64,000 bases of DNA from the human T2T-CHM13v2.0 reference genome, Homo sapiens: assembly GCF_009914755.1 (NCBI RefSeq), contig NC_060928.1; one strand, written 5' to 3'. The translations under genes were made by a program, and so were the position numbers. The notes beneath the pieces are model-generated. The model worked only from the letters and a program-made list of their open reading frames with translations, had not been told where the DNA came from and ran no database searches. Positions 57,060 to 64,000 of this stretch are shown in pieces. The first letter of the stretch is position 1. Each line of letters begins with the position of its first letter.

Positions 57060-59492
57060 GTGTATTATAATTTGTTAAAAACAACTCTTGGACTTTAGGT
57101 TCTTTACATAACAAAAGTTCACTTGTCCTTATATCACAATCTGGTGTGCACTGGTAAAAACAAACAAACAAACAAACAAACAAAACCTCTGCTTTCTATA
57201 GTCATTCGGAGACCCCACCTTTTTCCCCCTTTTTTCTGTACACTCCTCAGTATCCTCAGCAGATTGCTGAGGCAAGCTGGGGCAATTGATCTTGCCAGCC
57301 TCAGAATCCTCTCCATTTACTATGTGGATGGAGAAAGATAAACACATTCATGCAAGGATGGTTTGCATGGACCAGACTTGGGAGTAGCATGTGTCACTTC
57401 TGTTAAGATTTCACTGTACTGAATGCAGTCAGAAGGCTATACCTAATTGCAAGTAAAGCTGAAAAATATAATCCTGTGGTTCCTAGCAAGGCTAGAAAAT
57501 AATATTGAAAAACAGAAGCAATCTCTGAAAAATCCACCCCTCTTTTCATGAAAATAGAGTTTATACTCTCCTCCACATAAAACACCTTCAACTGTCCTCC
57601 AGGGGGAAGAATTTGAAGTCCCATCAAATTATTGCATCTAACAAATTATCCAAGATTTTTTGAGGATGAATATCGGGTCCTAAGATTGTCCCTTGGCAAA
57701 CCTGTGAACCAAAGAGACAAATTATCTGTTTCACCATTTAAAAAAATCTGGCAGTCATAGAATGACAATAATAGAAATTTACTGTCATTAGGGAGAAGAA
57801 TGATTCAAACAATAGTTACTTATTCATAGTATTGTGGTAACTTTTTTGAGCAGCAGTGATAGAGGCCCCCTACTAATGGAACTAACTGGAGCTCCTTGAT
57901 GAAATTTTGATAAAAGAGGAAGCAGGACATTGGTATTTCATGTTCGTTTGTTGTTTTATAGGTCATTGTATTAGTTGCCTAAGGCTGCTGTAACAAAGTA
58001 TCCCACACTAGATGGCTTAAACAACAGAAAGGTATTGTCTCACAGTCTGGGACCTGGAAGTCTGAATCAAGGTATTGAAAGGACTGGTTCCTTCTCAGGG
58101 TGATGAGGGAGAATATGTTCAATGCCTGTCCCAGCTAGCCTCTGGTGGTTTATTGGCAATCTTTGGCATTCCTTGGCTTGTAGATTTCTGCTTCCATCTT
58201 CACATGGTGTTTCCCTGTATAAATGTTCATCTGTCCAAATTTTATCTTTTTATAGAAAATAAATCATACTGAATTAAGGGTCCATTCTATTCCAGTATAG
58301 CCTCATCTTTACCCATTATCTCTGCAATGACCCTATTTCCAAATAAGATTACATTCTAGGGTACTGGGGGTTAGGACATATGAGTCTTGGGAAGACACAA
58401 TTCAACTCATACAGGCATTACTAAATAAAGGCTTTTTATTTTAAACTTAGGTTTATAACATAATTTGGATATGAATTCCCTTTAAAAGTAATATGGTTCT
58501 AAGCTCTACATGTTTATTTCCATATGTCAGTAGCCACACCTACGTTGCTCTTCTACACGTAATCCTCAAGCCTGGTTTATGTTTTTGCTTTCTCACCTCC
58601 AAGAATCTTTCTTAACTTAGTGAAGTTCACAGTGAAACTATCAGGCTTAGGTGAAAAAAGCCAATCTCCTCAACTGATCTTTGCTGCAATACTTGATTTT
58701 AATAGATTTTGTTGCCTGAATGCATTTTTAACTGTTATTTCTTCCTTTTTAGATTTAGAAGCAGTCAGCTTTTCAAATCCTTTAGAGCCCCAACTGTCTC
58801 AACTCTCCCTGTTTTCTTTCATTTTTGCTTGTAAGTCACCAATCCTTTTCCTGAGTTTACTCCTTTTTAATGATACATTACTAAAGTTGGCCAGTTATAA
58901 TCAACACACTATTATTATGTCTCTTTCCAATCACTTCCCATTGAGCTGGTAAATATGTGATCTATCTTCTAAGATGTTGTGAGCTATAGCTTTACCAAAC
59001 ATTTGGCTACTGAGGCTCTCCAATCACCAGTATTCCTTGACCCTTTCTTTCCAAATGCTATCAAATGTTTTTGTTTGGTAGTATTGAGCTTTAAGTTATG
59101 ATATTTATATTGGTCAGGGTAGGCTAAGTGCTGGAACAATAATTCACCAATTTCAATATTTAAACAAAATGAAAGTTACTTTCTTCTTCACATCACAATT
59201 TGGTAGAGAAAGGGGCTTCACGAATTATTCTGAGAAACAGACTCCCTCTTTTTCCCGAAATCTGCACTCAGATTTCTTTCTCTTCAGCCTGTGAGCATTG
59301 AAAGAGAACAAAAACATATAGAAAGGTTTTAGAAACCAAATTGAACCTGGCATGCCCTATTTGTGGTAACTTTTCGTGGCTAGAAGTAAGACAATACCTA
59401 ACTTAAAGGGAGCCTGGAAAATGTGATCAAGATGTGTGCACAAGAAAGAAGTGGAAAAAAATGGGTGCTGGTGACCACAATGAGTCTCTCAC
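57060..59492 (-). mobile_element. Probable decayed two-LTR MLT1J-like MaLR (LTRs ~57060-57530 and ~59106-59492, internal region between)
   Basis: Both segments share antisense MLT1J-like motifs in the same order: 'aaagttcacttgtccttatatcacaat' / 'aaagttactttcttcttcacatcacaat' and 'atacctaattgcaagtaaagctgaaaaatata' / 'atacctaacttaaagggagcctggaaaatgtg'. Confidence 0.6.
57967..58413 (-). mobile_element. MaLR solo LTR, MLT1C-like
   Basis: 'tgtattagttgcctaaggctgctgtaacaaagta...gacacaattcaactcataca'; TSD gtcat/ggcat. Confidence 0.9.
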
Positions 59493-60590
59493 TCCCAGGA
59501 CCAGGGCAGGAATCTAATGTTTGGCAATGTTCACAATCTGGAGAACAGAGAGACAACTGGCATAGACAATTGTTGATGGAAACATAAGTGAATGTTTTAG
59601 TATACTATTTGGTGTTCAGAGTTAATGTGTGGAGGAGCTTAGAATATTGTTATAACTATACCGTAAGATGGAAGGATGATGAGGGCTTATGTAGATGAAT
59701 TCAACTCTCATCTAGCATAGCAGGAATGCCTACAGATATTCAATATTAATCAATTAAAGAGCAATATCACTACATTATTCAGAGATGTATCTGTTACCAT
59801 AAAAATTAAAATCAGACATTTTTAAAACTTGTGGCTTTTGGAGATGGGAGGCTAGAGAGAGGAGGGGTTGGGCACAAGAATGTTGCTTCTCCTTGTAAAT
59901 TTTAACATTTGAATTCTTGGATGGGACACATAAATTATTCTGATAAAAGAAAAAAATTAACTGTACTTTTTTGTACATTCTGTATAATTTAAATTAATGA
60001 TGTCACTTTATGGTTTTAAATAGTATTTTAACACAAAAAGTATACTTAGGTTAACAATGCAGTAGCCCTAACTAATGGATTATTACTAATAGCTTTGGGG
60101 AGAAGTATAAAGCTTTGTCTAGTCATTTACTGGCTAACAACGTCAAGTTTTAACTTCTCACCCTTCTCCAAAAAACGATGTTTCTTTTGCCTATACTGTG
60201 CCGGTGCTTACCAACAATATTCTAGTCATCTTAGCTTGAAACTACTTTGCTTCTCTTTACTCCATTTCTACATTTCATTTATTCACAAGATGAGGTAAAT
60301 TTTGATTCTCCATGTCTGTCTATACTTAACTAACTCCTTACTATTATCTTAGACTATACTCTTATCTGATAACTAGATGATGTTAGTAACTACCTATGTC
60401 ATTTTTCTGACATTTACCCCAATGCCAACTCATCCTGCATGCTATTGACAGAATAGTCTTTAAAATCTCTGATGATGTCTGGCTCCTAAACAGCCGTGGT
60501 ATCTATTGCCTTCATGACTTTTAACACACTTTATAATTATGTTTCTAATTATCTTTCCAACCTCTTCTCTTATTATAAGACTTGAATGCC

Positions 60591-60928
60591 TGCAACAATC
60601 TGAATTGTGTTTTCCAAAATTCATATGTCAAAACTGAACCACTCAATGTAGCATTAAGAGGTGAGACTTTAAAAGACTTTAAAAGATGGAGTCCTTATGG
60701 ATGGGATTAGAGCCCCTACAAAAGGGCTTGAGGGAATGAATTTGCTCTCTTCTGCTCTTCTGACATGTAAGGACACAGCAACAAGGTCCTCCCCAGACAC
60801 TAAATGCTGGTGCTTAGATCTTGGGCTTTCCGTCCTGTATAAGTGTTAGAAATAAATTTGTGCTTTTGTTGTTTATAAATTACTCAGTCTCAGGTACTTT
60901 GTGATAGCAGCACAAATGATCTAAGACA
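60591..60928 (+). mobile_element. MaLR solo LTR, MSTC/MSTD-like
   Basis: 'ccaaaattcatatgt...ataaattactcagtctcaggta...atagcagcacaaatgatctaagaca'; TSD atgcc/atgct. Confidence 0.88.
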
Positions 60929-60976
60929 ATGCTCACCAAAAATGATTAATGTATAGCCTCTTAATTGTGTTTTTGA

Positions 60977-61601
<625 letters not shown>

Positions 61602-62500
61602 TAATTCTTTTTGCTTATCCTCATTCAGGTTTTTGAACCTGGAATGTGTATACTTACAGTCATTCAGTAAAGCCTAGTCTTTCTTAAGAGCCTGACTAAA
61701 ATACCATGGATTACAATTTTCATTAATATTAATTGAGATCTTACTGTACATCAGCCACTATTTTAAGTAAATAAAGTTTTTACTGGTTGCACCAACCTGT
61801 TGTGATGATGTTCTGTATTTATCAGTTACACTTATATTTGTAGCTAGTTGTGCATACAATCTTAAACTTCAGCATTTTTAGTACACTTACTCTCTCATAA
61901 GGGTGTAGACTCCTTCACAGCAAGAGCATACTCTAAAGACTTTATTAAAAATCAAAAATATTTTATGAGTGAATAAATGTACACAAAAGTATGAAATAAA
62001 ATGAATTTAAGATATTGTTCTACTTTGAAACCATTTATATTTTTTCAGAGTTGCAAAAAATGACCACGATTAATTTTTTTCATTTGGGGTGTGTGCATAA
62101 AATCACATGGAATGCACCTGGCTGATGGCTTTGGATAAGGAATTTTACAGAAAAGAACTAAGTATAACATGAAGCATCATATTGTCCAGCTTATTATTCA
62201 AGTTAGGTAGTTCAAGTTTCATGAAGGTAAGTTGTATATCCTTTATGAGAAAAATAAGTATTGGTTTTTCTCAATGGTAACTGGAAATCTTTAAAGGAAA
62301 ACATTTTTATTATGAAACAGTTTATTGAATATAATGCAGTAATAATGTACAAAATGCTCCAAAATACATATGGAAAGCACCAGAAGTTTGGTGAAACTAC
62401 TTGTCTACAAAAGAGTAAGAAACTATAACATATAACATCTAATTGTGTGTATGTTGTGTACAATGAGTACTCAATAAATGTTATTCATTGCCTCTTTTGA

Positions 62501-62800
<300 letters not shown>

Positions 62801-62967
62801 AACTATGACCACTTTTAAAATTACGTTTCATAATGTACACTTTATATAAGAGGCATTTGTGAAATTATTTGCTGAAACATTTGTTTACTTAATATTCTAT
62901 CTTTGACACTTTTGTGGATTGAAGAAATATTTATTAGTCACTTATTTTAGACAGCTTATTGCTTTAG

Positions 62968-63140
62968 TACAGTTTCTAAACCCTGGCATTATTGACATTT
63001 GGGGGTGGATCTTTTGTATTAGGGGGCTGTCCTGTGCATCTTAAGACGCTTAGCAGCATCCCTAGCCTCTACCCTCTAGATGGTGGTAGCGCCCCCAGGC
63101 TGTGACAACAAAAAGTGCAAAATGATGGATGTGGGGAGGG
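62968..63140 (-). mobile_element. MER20, opposite orientation to the 47.6 kb copy
   Basis: 'ggcattattgacattt...gggggctgtcctgtgcat...tagcagcatccctagcctctacc...ctgtgacaac'. Confidence 0.85.
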
Positions 63141-64000
63141 TGGGAAGAGGTAAGTGTTTGGGAGGGGAAGGAAGGAGACAACACTCCTCTCTCCAGTAAT
63201 TTAAGGCAGTGTATAATAGAACCTTTAAGTTACACAAAAGGAGATTCCTAGAATTTTAAGGGAATTGTTTTCCAGCTCCACAACATGGTAATCAAAGTGG
63301 AAAGGGGTTTGCCTCAAAAGGAGTAGTATGTGAGGTTCTTGTGTGATAGAGTAGAATATAAACTGGAAAAGTTGTTAAAGGGATTATACCATATTAGAAT
63401 AAAAGGGATTGAGATAGTTCCAAGTATAAGAGGACTCTAGGCCCCCAATTTTCCATAAGAAAGAAGCAACCTGAAACCACGCAAATATGAGTCATTTCTT
63501 AAGAAACAGAATTACTGACAGTTCAGCCAGCCCAGAGGGAAAATCCAAGACCCCCAAAGAATAACAGATTAAGGACCTACATCTATGGAGTAGAATAGAC
63601 CACAGCTTTATTTGGTTAAGAAAACGTAGAGATAAATGTACATCTTATATAAATTCTGTCAAATAGAACAAACATAGGAGCATATAAGACCTAAGAGGGA
63701 ATTCTAGTGATGTCATCTCCCATGAGAAAAATTCACTTGCATTTAATTATTTTGCCAATTTATAAAATAGAACTAGAGTGTAAAAACAAAGAATATACTT
63801 TATAACTCTACATATGTCTGTTACTTGACTCAGAGACCTAGTATCTCTGTTATCAGAAAATTGGCCAACTAGTAATTTATAAGAAAAGCTTTGTGAGACA
63901 ACTAAATTATTGTTCTCAAATTCCAGTTTTTACTAAAGTTCTTCAGTGAAAACAGATCCACAGAATAAGAAAGCAGGGAGGAAGTGTGAGAGATTGTACT

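Noticed and set aside
57253-57276. Small hairpin cctcagca-gat-tgctgagg
   Set aside because: An 8 bp stem is not distinguishable from chance at this window size.

Overview
AT-rich primate (human-like) genomic DNA, with Alu, L1PA, THE1 and Hsmar1 elements all present. I found no credible protein-coding exon, RNA gene, CpG island or prokaryote-type system. A large part of the window is interspersed repeat. It includes an ~11.8 kb nested stack (17.1-28.9 kb) of an old L1MC containing MLT2, L1MA, a two-LTR THE1 and two Alus. It also has a near full-length Hsmar1 mariner (40.1-41.3 kb), solo LTRs (MER4A1, MER31, MLT2, MST, MLT1), a probable two-LTR MLT1J, 11 Alus, a tRNA-Ile-headed ancient SINE, and MIR/L2/MER20 relics. 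The notable non-TE structures are a ~350 bp dispersed local duplication (8.0/10.0 kb), a perfect 35 bp inverted repeat (47.2 kb) and a 14 bp hairpin (49.1 kb). The last two are inverted copies bracketed by 10 bp direct repeats and look like template-switch/fold-back scars. L1 and Alu strand bias hints at an intron of a + strand transcript. I cannot support a novel biological system here. Repeat subfamily names come from recalled consensus sequences, not from a search.
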